Positions 1 to 10,160 of a DNA stretch of 32,000 nucleotides are shown here, in pieces. The stretch is from Schaalia meyeri. GTDB lineage: Bacteria > Actinomycetota > Actinomycetes > Actinomycetales > Actinomycetaceae. The position numbers and the translations under genes are program-made. The notes under the pieces are model-generated. The model saw nothing but the letters and a program-made list of their open reading frames with translations, was not told the DNA's origin and ran no database searches. The DNA lies in assembly GCF_900105015.1 (NCBI RefSeq), contig NZ_FNLK01000012.1, positions 60,001-92,000 of the forward strand, read 5' to 3'. Positions within the stretch are counted from its first letter, which is position 1, and every line of letters starts with the position of its first letter.

Positions 1-211
1 ACCGACCGAAAGCGATCGCCGTTTGAGGGCTCATCACCGAGTCCATGGGGGCGGCCATGAGGGGGATATCCACGTGATAGGCGTCAATCTGCCAGCCGAC
101 GTTAACGTCCTCCGGGTCACGGGTGCGCCGCGCGGGGACGAGCGCGATATCGTCCAGGGTGTAGGCGCGCCGTCCGCGCTTGCCGCGCCCGATTTCCACT
201 TCGTGACTCAT
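1..211 (-). CDS. GuaB3-type IMP dehydrogenase-related protein, N-terminal ~70 codons only (gene runs off the left edge)
   Basis: Minus-strand ATG at 209-211. The translation MSHEVEIGRGKRGRRAYTLDDIALVPARRTRDPEDVNVGWQIDAYHVDIPLMAAPMDSVMSPQTAIAFGR resembles the N-terminus of mycobacterial GuaB3 (Rv3410c-like). It is absent from the ORF track because no stop lies in the window. Confidence 0.75.
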   Translation of the reverse strand, partial: MSHEVEIGRGKRGRRAYTLDDIALVPARRTRDPEDVNVGWQIDAYHVDIPLMAAPMDSVMSPQTAIAFGR

Positions 212-485
212 GGGCCGATTCTACTGCACGACAGGACGCGGATGCGCCCCCGTACCGCACCGTATAATGGCCACGGTGGCGCTCGGGACGCCCGCACGCG
301 AGCGGTGGGAAAGACACCGGCACTGGCGGACAGATGCGCACGGGACACAAACCGCGTGAGTCGGCCATACCTTACCTATACTGCCTCTCATGGGATCGGC
401 TCCCAGATCGCCACCGAAGCCGGTCACAATGTAGGGGGAGTAAGCGAGCTTCCCCCACGACATCACGAACATGGGGGAGCGCGTC

Positions 486-1202
486 ATGACTGGCACGAGC
501 AGAAAACACAAAAAGCGAAACGGAAATCACGCCAAGGATCCCAATCCGGGAACGGGAGAAAAACAGGAAAATCGCGATGCGGGGTTCAACCTGCTAGAAG
601 AGCTGCTCGCAGTCGAAAAAGCACAATTCAGCTCGCTGATCAAACTGACGGGACTCTCCCTGGCCCTCAGCAACTTCCCCCTGCTGCGAGACGAATTAGC
701 AATCAGGCTCTCCACAGAATCGTCGCTCTTTGCCTACGGCACCGCGCAAGCGGCGGTACTGGCCCTGATCGCGCTCTGCGCACTCAAGTGCCATCGCGTT
801 CATCAGATCCAAAAGGGGATGCACAATGACATAAACGATTTCTATGCCCAGAACAGGACTCGCAGGCTGTTGAAAAGATTCTTCGGCCCCGGAAAATACG
901 AGGACGACATTATTCTCACCGCCTGGCAGAGGCGGCTCAAAAAGAGGGGAACACGGGCAGATATTCACAACCCGGCAGTTCTCGGCGATATTGACGGCAG
1001 ATTCGGCGATATCATCGGGCTTTTGATCTCGTTCTTCGCGCTATTGTTCACCGCGATCCCAATCCCGGCGCTTAACACGTTTGCCGCGATTCTCTTCCTC
1101 GCATCACCATTTCTTTTCTCCGCCTATGCGTGGGTCTATTTCAAAGCTTCCAATAAGCACCTAGTCAACCGGATCATCCGCAACGAAAAACGGCACCGTT
1201 AG
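486..1202 (+). CDS. Hypothetical membrane protein, compositionally foreign (~52% GC), no family recognised
   Basis: ORF 471..1202. The ATG at 486 is preferred because GGGGAG lies 6 nt upstream. The N-terminus is basic and disordered (SRKHKKRNGNHAKDPNPG). There is one central hydrophobic helix (AQAAVLALIALCAL), two C-terminal helices (IIGLLISFFALLFTAIPIPAL and AAILFLASPFLFSAYAWVYF) and a basic tail. It is the only long ORF across this AT-richer stretch. Confidence 0.6.
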   Translation: MTGTSRKHKKRNGNHAKDPNPGTGEKQENRDAGFNLLEELLAVEKAQFSSLIKLTGLSLALSNFPLLRDELAIRLSTESSLFAYGTAQAAVLALIALCALKCHRVHQIQKGMHNDINDFYAQNRTRRLLKRFFGPGKYEDDIILTAWQRRLKKRGTRADIHNPAVLGDIDGRFGDIIGLLISFFALLFTAIPIPALNTFAAILFLASPFLFSAYAWVYFKASNKHLVNRIIRNEKRHR

Positions 1203-1282
1203 CGCATCGCCGCCATCCCTTGGGGACGCAGATGTGCCCGCCCTCTGCCACACTGGAGCCACCGGAGACGACAGGAGCAATA

Positions 1283-2035
1283 ATGAGCTGGATCGACGAC
1301 CCGTGGATGGGTTTTGACACCGAGACGACGGGTGTGCGCCCTCTCAAAGACCGCCTGGTGACCGCGGCCCTCGTCCTGCGCATTGACGGCGCCTCCTATC
1401 GCCGCGGCGTCAGCGCGCCCGACCAGGTGGCCACCTGGCTCACCGACCCCGGCGTGGACATCCCCGAACAGGCCACCGCCGTGCACGGGATCACCACGCA
1501 GCAGGCTCGAAAGGATGGCCGCCCCATCGCCGACGTCCTCCACGAGCTCGCCGGTTCCATCGTCGAACACTGGCTGCGCGGGTACCCCGTCGTCGCGTTC
1601 AACGCGAGCTACGACATCACGCTGGTCAACCAGGAGCTGCGCCGACACCACCTGGGCTCATTCGAGGAACGCCTGGAGGGGGCGCCCATGCTGGTTGTCG
1701 ACCCCCTCGTCCTGGACCGCGCACTCGACCGCTTCCGCAAGGGCAAGAAGACACTCACCGAGATGGCCCCCGTGTACGGGGTCACGGCCTCCCCCGACGC
1801 GCACACCGCCGAGGTCGACGTGGCCATGACCCTCGACGTGCTGGCAGGTATCGCGGGCAAGTACCCGCAGCTGGCCGCCATGAGCGCGCTGGAGTTGACC
1901 GACTACCAGCGCCAGGCACACCGGGAGTGGGCCCAGGACTTCGAGAAGTACCTGCGCAAGCAGGGGCGCGACGCGTCAATCGACCGCGAGTGGCCGCAGA
2001 TCACCCCGCGGGGGCGCGGGGACGGAGGGGACTAG
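1283..2035 (+). CDS. DEDDh 3'-5' exonuclease (DnaQ/epsilon-like domain protein)
   Basis: Exo I motif GFDTETTG, Exo II motif VVAFNASYDITLV and Exo III motif HTAEVD (H-x4-D) are present. The ATG at 1283 is preceded by AGGAG (acaggagcaataATG). The in-frame ATG at 1220 is an alternative start. Confidence 0.8.
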   Translation: MSWIDDPWMGFDTETTGVRPLKDRLVTAALVLRIDGASYRRGVSAPDQVATWLTDPGVDIPEQATAVHGITTQQARKDGRPIADVLHELAGSIVEHWLRGYPVVAFNASYDITLVNQELRRHHLGSFEERLEGAPMLVVDPLVLDRALDRFRKGKKTLTEMAPVYGVTASPDAHTAEVDVAMTLDVLAGIAGKYPQLAAMSALELTDYQRQAHREWAQDFEKYLRKQGRDASIDREWPQITPRGRGDGGD

Positions 2036-2040
2036 CAGCA

Positions 2041-2074
2041 GCGAGCGGGTCGGCACTGGTGCCGACCCGCTCGC
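2041..2074. terminator. Bidirectional GC-rich hairpin terminator between convergent genes
   Basis: gcgagcgggtcggc (2041-2054) pairs perfectly with gccgacccgctcgc (2061-2074), giving a 14-bp stem. It lies between the exonuclease stop (2033-2035) and the aldolase stop (2081-2083). There is no U-tract. Confidence 0.6.
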
Positions 2075-2080
2075 GCTCAC

Positions 2081-2770
2081 TCACTTGTCGTTGACCAGAT
2101 CCAACCAGGTGCGGCACTCGCCCACGAGGAAGCCAAAATCACGATTTTGATCCGCGATGGCGGCGTCGGTCGCGGGGTTCTTGATCAGCGCGGCCAGCAC
2201 GTCGGGGGCGGCGGTGATGGCGCCCACACCCTGGCGGACCAGCTCGAGGATCTGCTCGGAGTTCTTGAAGGAGGCGGCCAGCACGTCGGCCTTCAGGTCG
2301 TAGGTGCGCAGCGTGCGGTGGATCTCCGACGCGACGCGCACGCCGTCGATGCCGTAGTTATCCATGCGGTTGACGTAGGGGGCGACATAGCGGGCACCCG
2401 CCTTGGCGGCCATGAACCCCTGCATGGACGAGTGGATACCGGTGGCCGTCACCTGCATGCCCTCGCGGACGATGCGCGGAATCGCCGCAAAACCCTCGCG
2501 CGTGACGGGCAGCTTAATGAAGAGGTTGCCGCCGATTTCGCCTCGCAGGGCGCGGGCCTCGGCCACCATGTCGTCCGCGCGCTGAGAGACGATCTGAACG
2601 TGCAGCTGCGCGCCGTCAGGCAGGACCGACTTGATACCGTGCAGGACCTCGAGAGGTTCCTTGCCCTCGCGGTACAGGATCGTCGGGTTGGTCGTCACGC
2701 CGTCGATGGGCAGGTATTCCAATGTCTTCGCGATGGCATCGACGTTCGCGTGATCGATGAGGATGAGCAT
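2081..2770 (-). CDS. Transaldolase-family class I aldolase (fructose-6-phosphate aldolase / type 3B transaldolase)
   Basis: 229 aa. Motifs GVTTNPTI, FIKLPVT (Schiff-base Lys), YVAPYVNRMD and VLAASFK line up with E. coli FSA/TalC as I recall it. Confidence 0.85.
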   Translation of the reverse strand: MLILIDHANVDAIAKTLEYLPIDGVTTNPTILYREGKEPLEVLHGIKSVLPDGAQLHVQIVSQRADDMVAEARALRGEIGGNLFIKLPVTREGFAAIPRIVREGMQVTATGIHSSMQGFMAAKAGARYVAPYVNRMDNYGIDGVRVASEIHRTLRTYDLKADVLAASFKNSEQILELVRQGVGAITAAPDVLAALIKNPATDAAIADQNRDFGFLVGECRTWLDLVNDK

Positions 2771-2870
2771 GTGTACAGCTCCTTAGCCGATTCGTGGGAT
2801 GGTACTGCCCCTCAAGGATAGCGCGGGTGGTGGCGGCCCACCGACCGCTCCCACTCCCGCATTCTGGCGC

Positions 2871-5757
<2,887 letters not shown>

Positions 5758-5862
5758 GGTTGTTCTCCTACCGGGATACCCTCACGGTAGCACCCGAGCA
5801 CGCCTCGTGGCATCCGCCCGCGGCGCACCGCCACGCGCGGCGGCCAAGGCTCACCGATCGCC

Positions 5863-6783
5863 TCAGGAACGACCCACCAGCTGCAGGTCCGCCTGAGGTG
5901 CCAGGAGGGCGAGCGCCTCCTCCACGCAGGCGCTGACGGTGCGAACCCGCTGCACGTGAGGCGAGAGCACCTCGGGGGAGTCGGCCCCCACCACGATCAC
6001 CGGGACGCCGTAGCGGGCATCTAGGTCCGCGACGGTGGATGCGCAGGGAGCCCCGCAACCGAGGACGACCGTCAGCGCGGGCACTCCATCGCGCACATAC
6101 TCGCGGAAGTGGTCGGTCGCGGACACCCCGTGGTATTTGTCGCTGGACAGCAGGCGGACGTCGCAGCCGTACCATGCCAGGGCGACGCCGATGACCTGGG
6201 CGGCGGTCTCGTGGAGGGCGTCGCTGATGAGCGCCACTCGCTCTCCTCCGACCATGCCGCGCGTGGGACGCGAGTGGTACACGGAGCGGCACACGCGCTG
6301 GAAGGCGTTGACCAGCATGAGGGCGGGCGCCCCTCCCACGGGGGCCCCACCCGGGGTGGATCGTAGGGATTTGAGGGCGGGCTCAACGAAGCGCGACCAC
6401 GTGTGAACGAGGCCGTGGCTGGCGACGGCGGCTTCGAGCACTTCCTCAAGACGCGGGTAGTCGTCGGCGAGGGCCACCGTGCGCAGCTGCGCGGCGTTCT
6501 CGGGGCCGATGCGCGAACGACGCGACGTTTCGGCGAGCGCGCGCCTGGCGGCCTGCGCGGCGGGGAGCCCGGCGCGGACGTGGTTGATCATCGCGCGCAG
6601 GCGTTCAACGTCCTCGGGCAGGTAGCGGCGGCGTGTCCCCGCCTCTCGCTGGGCGGGGCCCAGTCCGTAGCGGCGCTCCCAGGTGCGCAGCGTCGAAGCA
6701 GAGACGCCCAGCTCGTCGGCGACCGAGGAGACCGTGCGGGGGCGTTCGGCGCGCATCGACTGCGTGAGAATCGCTCGCGGCAT
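5863..6783 (-). CDS. MerR-family transcriptional regulator with a CarH/LitR-like C-terminal (helical bundle plus Rossmann-like) domain
   Basis: N-terminal MerR HTH: VSSVADELGVSASTLRTWERRYGLGP. The C-terminus has a beta-alpha-beta pattern: RVALISDALHETAAQVIGVALAWYGCDVRLL...ALTVVLGCG...VPVIVVG. The alternative start is ATG at 6754-6756. Confidence 0.8.
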   Translation of the reverse strand: MPRAILTQSMRAERPRTVSSVADELGVSASTLRTWERRYGLGPAQREAGTRRRYLPEDVERLRAMINHVRAGLPAAQAARRALAETSRRSRIGPENAAQLRTVALADDYPRLEEVLEAAVASHGLVHTWSRFVEPALKSLRSTPGGAPVGGAPALMLVNAFQRVCRSVYHSRPTRGMVGGERVALISDALHETAAQVIGVALAWYGCDVRLLSSDKYHGVSATDHFREYVRDGVPALTVVLGCGAPCASTVADLDARYGVPVIVVGADSPEVLSPHVQRVRTVSACVEEALALLAPQADLQLVGRS

Positions 6784-7074
6784 GTCCCCTCCCGTGTGTG
6801 GTCATCTCGATGTGACTCCGATTCTTGCGTGTCCGCCGCCCATTCGCCACAGGAACGGCATACAACTTCGCCTTCAAGTTGTTCATCAACTTGTTCACGC
6901 TTCATTCAGAACTAACAACGCTGTATTTTCAGCGTTTTTACAGCCTATCCACCAGATTCTGAGAACTGGATCATACTTCAGGAAAGGTACTTGAATAACT
7001 ACCGCACAAGTGTCTATCCTTGCGGACATCGTGTGCCGAAAATGTCGGCACGACAGACATGAAGGAGGCACCCA

Positions 7075-7371
7075 GTGACTGACGTCTCCCGCCTGCCCGG
7101 ACCCATGATCGATGCGTGGGAGTGGCAGTACGAAGCGGCGTGCCGAGACCTGGACACCGAGCTGTTCTTTCACCCCGAGGGGGAACGCGGCTCCACGCGT
7201 CGGCGGCGCGCAGCGAACGCCAAAGCGATCTGCGCCACCTGTCCGGTCATCGAGCAGTGTCGGTCCTACGCCCTGGCCGCCCAGGAGCCCTACGGCATCT
7301 GGGGTGGAATGACCGAGGAAGAACGCCGCGAGGAGATCCGCTCCTCGGGACGCGGACGTCGCGTTTCCTGA
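7075..7371 (+). CDS. whiB3: WhiB-family Fe-S redox-sensing transcription factor, WhiB3/WhiD-type
   Basis: GTG start at 7075 with GAAGGAGG at 7061-7068. Four Cys are present (C-x29-C-x2-C-x5-C: CRDLD...CATCPVIEQC), along with the GIWGG turn and a basic tail. LPGP..D.WEWQ...CR..D..LFFHPEGERG closely resembles M. tuberculosis WhiB3. The synteny with groES and guaB also fits. Confidence 0.9.
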   Translation: MTDVSRLPGPMIDAWEWQYEAACRDLDTELFFHPEGERGSTRRRRAANAKAICATCPVIEQCRSYALAAQEPYGIWGGMTEEERREEIRSSGRGRRVS

Positions 7372-7389
7372 AACGCGCAACGCAACTCC

Positions 7390-7427
7390 GGTGCGGCATC
7401 GCCACCGCGATGCCGCACCATTTTACT
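7390..7427 (+). terminator. Rho-independent terminator of whiB3
   Basis: Perfect 13-bp stem: ggtgcggcatcgc (7390-7402) pairs with gcgatgccgcacc (7407-7419) around a 4-nt loop. It is followed by attttactgcccctttt. Confidence 0.75.
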
Positions 7428-7479
7428 GCCCCTTTTCCATTCGCCCACTCGAACGAACACACGTCCCCTGGGAGAACGC

Positions 7480-8286
7480 ATGACTAGCACCAACACCAAC
7501 GCACCACAAGACACGCCCGCCGACGATAACCAGACCAACCCGTACAAGATCCTGTTCCTCGTCACCGCTCCCGTCACGGCGATCCTCGCGGGCGCCTGCT
7601 TGTGGATGGGGATCCACCTGGCCTCTTCTCCCTCCGAGTCCCCGTCGCCAACCGCGTCCGCAACCACGCAGACGCCGCAGAACGCCGAGACGGCGGCGCC
7701 CAGCCAGACCAATCAAAACAACCTGGCGATCATACAATCCTTCATGCGGCACCAGGCCGATGACCCCCAGGCAAAGGGCGACGCCAACGCGCCCGTCACC
7801 ATGGTCCTCTTCTCCGACTTCGCCTGCCCGTACTGCACGAAGTACGCCCAGGAGGTCGTCCCCGCGCTGGCCGACCTGATCGAGGACGGAACCCTGCGCG
7901 TCGAGTGGTACGACCTGGCCCAGATTACCGAGACATCGCCGCTGGCCGCCCAGGCCGGCATCGCGGCCGGGGAACAGGGGAAATTCTGGGAGTTTCACGA
8001 CGCGGTGTACGCGGCTGCCGACCCGACCGGGCACCCGCAGTACTCCGAGCAAGCCCTGATCGACTTCGCGAAGGCGGCGGGAGTGCCCGACCTGGACAAG
8101 TTCCGGGCGACCATGCTCGACGAGCACACCGTCACCAAGGTGACGTCCGCCAAGGAGCGTGCTCACCAGGCCGGCATCACGGGCACCCCCACGATGTTCA
8201 TCAACAAGGCGTTCATCAGCGGCTACCGCGACGCGTCCTACGTGCGCGCCACGATCCTGGATCAGGCGGCTCAGGCAGCGTCCTGA
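7480..8286 (+). CDS. Membrane-anchored DsbA-family thiol:disulfide oxidoreductase
   Basis: N-terminal TM helix (ILFLVTAPVTAILAGACLWMGI), a Ser/Pro/Thr linker, and a thioredoxin fold with CPYC in VTMVLFSDFACPYCTKY. The cis-Pro region is GITGTPTMFI. RBS GGGAGA lies before the ATG at 7480. Confidence 0.8.
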   Translation: MTSTNTNAPQDTPADDNQTNPYKILFLVTAPVTAILAGACLWMGIHLASSPSESPSPTASATTQTPQNAETAAPSQTNQNNLAIIQSFMRHQADDPQAKGDANAPVTMVLFSDFACPYCTKYAQEVVPALADLIEDGTLRVEWYDLAQITETSPLAAQAGIAAGEQGKFWEFHDAVYAAADPTGHPQYSEQALIDFAKAAGVPDLDKFRATMLDEHTVTKVTSAKERAHQAGITGTPTMFINKAFISGYRDASYVRATILDQAAQAAS

Positions 8287-8317
8287 TCCAGGCCGCCGAA
8301 CGCGGGCGGACTGTAGG

Positions 8318-9632
8318 TTCTGGTGGTGGTTGCAACGGATCTTGGTGAAGGAGTTCGTTGTGGCTGGTATTGGTCGTGTTTTTCAGGGGGTCGAGTACCC
8401 CTCCCGTCGGGAGGCGTGTCAGGCTCGGCATCGGGAGTATGTCCGGGCTCTTGCTGATGGTTTGAACTTCACGCAGGCGGCTCATGCTGTCGGGGTCTCG
8501 AAGCGGACGGGCAAGGTCTGGCGTAATGGTCGAACTCGCTCAAGTGGACGGTGTGAGCGAGCAAGCATTGCTCCTCAGGCTCATTGGTACCGTCTGTATA
8601 TGAAGTGCTAACCTCATCGGGTCAGTAAACGGTTCTTGTCGCTCAAGGAACGCATGCTTATCTTTGGATGGCGCGTCGAGGGGCTCTCTATTCGTGACAT
8701 TGCTCGACAGTTAGGACGTTCGCCCTCGACTGTGAGCCGGGAGCTGAAGCGTAATGGGATTGCAGCCACGTGCTACAACCCCTACATCGCTCACATGCGA
8801 GCAGGCAAGCGTCTCAAACGCCCTAAAGTGCGTAAATGCGCCGATCCTCGCTTGTGGGGCATCATCTGGGACAAGCTTCAGCTCAGATGGAGCCCAGAAC
8901 AGATTTGCGCATACTTGCGCATGCGTTTCCCGCACAAGTCAGAGCATGAACCCGTGCGTGGAGACGATCTACCAGTCCATCTTCATCCAGGCCAAAGGCA
9001 CGCTCCGCAAAGAGATCGCTTCCCTCATGCGCCAAGGGCGCGTCCGTAGGCGTCCGGTCGCATACTCTCGCCAGGTACGACCACGATTCAAGGACCCCAT
9101 GGTGATGATCAGCGAACGGCCCGCCAGTGTGGAAGACCGGGCGCTGCCTGGACACTGGGAAGGTGACTTGATCATCGGAGCCAAAGGGCGATCCGCGGTC
9201 GGCACACTCGTGGAACGCTCGACCCGGTACACGCTGCTGCTCTACTTGCCTAATGGACATACAGCTACTGAAGTTCAAGATGCCATCATCGACAAGCTCG
9301 CAGACGTGCCCCATTCCTTGCGCCTGTCACTGACCTGGGACCAGGGAAGCGAGCTGGCCCAACATCGCAAGATCGGTTGACAGCTGGGCCTTGACGTGTA
9401 CTTCTGTGACCCGCACTCACCCTGGCAACGCGGCACCAACGAGAACACGAACGGGCTCCTGCGCCAATACATGCCCAAAGGAACTGATCTGTTACTCCTG
9501 ACCGAAACGGACCTGGACGCCATCGCCGACCAGCTCAACGACCGCCCCCGCAAAACGCTAAACTGGGACACGCCCAAGCAGCGACTTGAGCTGCTACTCA
9601 GGGCATAACATGTGTTGCAACCACCCCTAGAA
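8318..9632 (+). mobile_element. Degenerate IS30-family insertion sequence (~1.3 kb)
   Basis: Terminal inverted repeats: ttctggtggtggttgcaac (8318-8336) against the reverse complement of 9614-9632 (ttctaggggtggttgcaac), 17/19 identical. They bracket an IS30-type transposase reading frame. GC is lower than the flanks. No target-site duplication is discernible. Confidence 0.8.
8360..9608 (+). pseudogene. IS30-family DDE transposase, inactivated by two in-frame stops and one frameshift
   Basis: GTG at 8360 with GAAGGAG at 8347-8353. There are two HTH regions (GLNFTQAAHAVGVSKRTGKVWRNG and GLSIRDIARQLGRSPSTVSRELKRN) and DDE motifs HWEGDLI, LTWDQGSE and [11 protein letters not shown]. The lesions are an in-frame TAA at 8609-8611, a +1 frame change near 8930-8950 (FPHKSEH / MNPCVETIYQ), and an in-frame TGA at 9378-9380 just before [13 protein letters not shown]. 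Confidence 0.85.
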
Positions 9633-9642
9633 TCTGCCGACT

Positions 9643-9702
9643 ACAGATACGAAGGGGGGGCGGCCCGGAAGGATTCCTTCCGGGCCGCCCCCCCTTCGTC
9701 TG
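9643..9702 (-). terminator. Very long GC-rich hairpin immediately downstream of groES (probable intrinsic terminator, no U-tract)
   Basis: The core 9651-9672 pairs with 9676-9696 (21 bp, one bulged G, 3-nt loop att). The stem extends by 6 more bp (9643-9650 with 9697-9702, 2-nt bulge). The groES stop is at 9717-9719. Confidence 0.6.
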
Positions 9703-9716
9703 TGCGATTGGGGCGA

Positions 9717-10013
9717 TCAGCGCTCCACGACCGCCAGGACGTCGCGCGCGGACAGGATCTGGAACTCCTGGCCGTCGTACTTGACCTCGGTGCCGCCGTA
9801 GCGCGAGTAGATGACGGTGTCGCCGACCTGGACGTCGACGGGCACGCGGTTGCCGTTATCGTCAACGCGGCCAGGGCCCACGGCGATAACCTCGCCCTCC
9901 TGCGGCTTCTCCTTGGCGGTATCCGGGATGACCAGGCCGGAGGCGGTGGTCTGCTCGGCCTCAACCTGACGGATGACGATGCGGTCCTCGAGGGGCTTGA
10001 TAGAAATCGACAT
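9717..10013 (-). CDS. groES: Co-chaperonin GroES
   Basis: 98 aa: [49 protein letters not shown]...[15 protein letters not shown], which is canonical Cpn10. RBS aagggag lies upstream of the ATG. Confidence 0.97.
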   Translation of the reverse strand: MSISIKPLEDRIVIRQVEAEQTTASGLVIPDTAKEKPQEGEVIAVGPGRVDDNGNRVPVDVQVGDTVIYSRYGGTEVKYDGQEFQILSARDVLAVVER

Positions 10014-10118
10014 TTGTCGCTCCCTTTCTCTTTGTCACGAAGGTGCTCGTCCTTTCCCTGCCGTCGCGGGGGTCAGGTGCAGGACCGGTCGCGGGTGTTC
10101 CCGCGTTTCCTCTACCAG

Positions 10119-10148
10119 AGTGTAGGCGCGCTCCTGGCACTCGGGCAA
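10119..10148 (-). promoter_or_regulatory. Candidate sigma-A promoter of groES overlapping CIRCE
   Basis: On the minus strand: TTGCCC (10148-10143, inside the CIRCE spacer), an 18-nt spacer, then TACACT (10124-10119). Sequence pattern only. Confidence 0.4.
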
Positions 10149-10160
10149 CCCGAGTGCCAG
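10134..10160 (-). promoter_or_regulatory. CIRCE operator (HrcA binding site) of groES
   Basis: CTGGCACTC-GGGCAACCC-GAGTGCCAG is a perfect 9-N9-9 inverted repeat. It matches the core of the CIRCE consensus TTAGCACTC-N9-GAGTGCTAA and lies 121 nt upstream of the groES ATG. Confidence 0.85.

Noticed and set aside
221-511. Minus-strand ORF whose first ~27 codons (MFVMSWGKLAYSPYIVTGFGGDLGADP) have coding-like GC3. It might be a small gene or a remnant truncated by the low-GC insertion.
   Set aside because: Beyond codon ~27 the sequence becomes Cys/Arg-rich with poor codon bias. I found no RBS and recognised no family. At best it is a short relic and is not supportable as a feature.
8311-9646. ctgtag (8311-8316) and ctacag (9641-9646) as the true outer termini of the IS30 element.
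   Set aside because: The right-hand copy is part of the extended stem of the 9643-9702 hairpin. The intervening 8 nt have no counterpart on the left. The 19-bp IRs at 8318-8336 and 9614-9632 are the better-supported ends.
10118-10142. A second CIRCE-like element (gagtg...14 nt...cactc) next to the main operator.
   Set aside because: The half-sites are in the opposite order (GAGTG before CACTC), the spacing is wrong, and the right half is simply the left arm of the genuine CIRCE.
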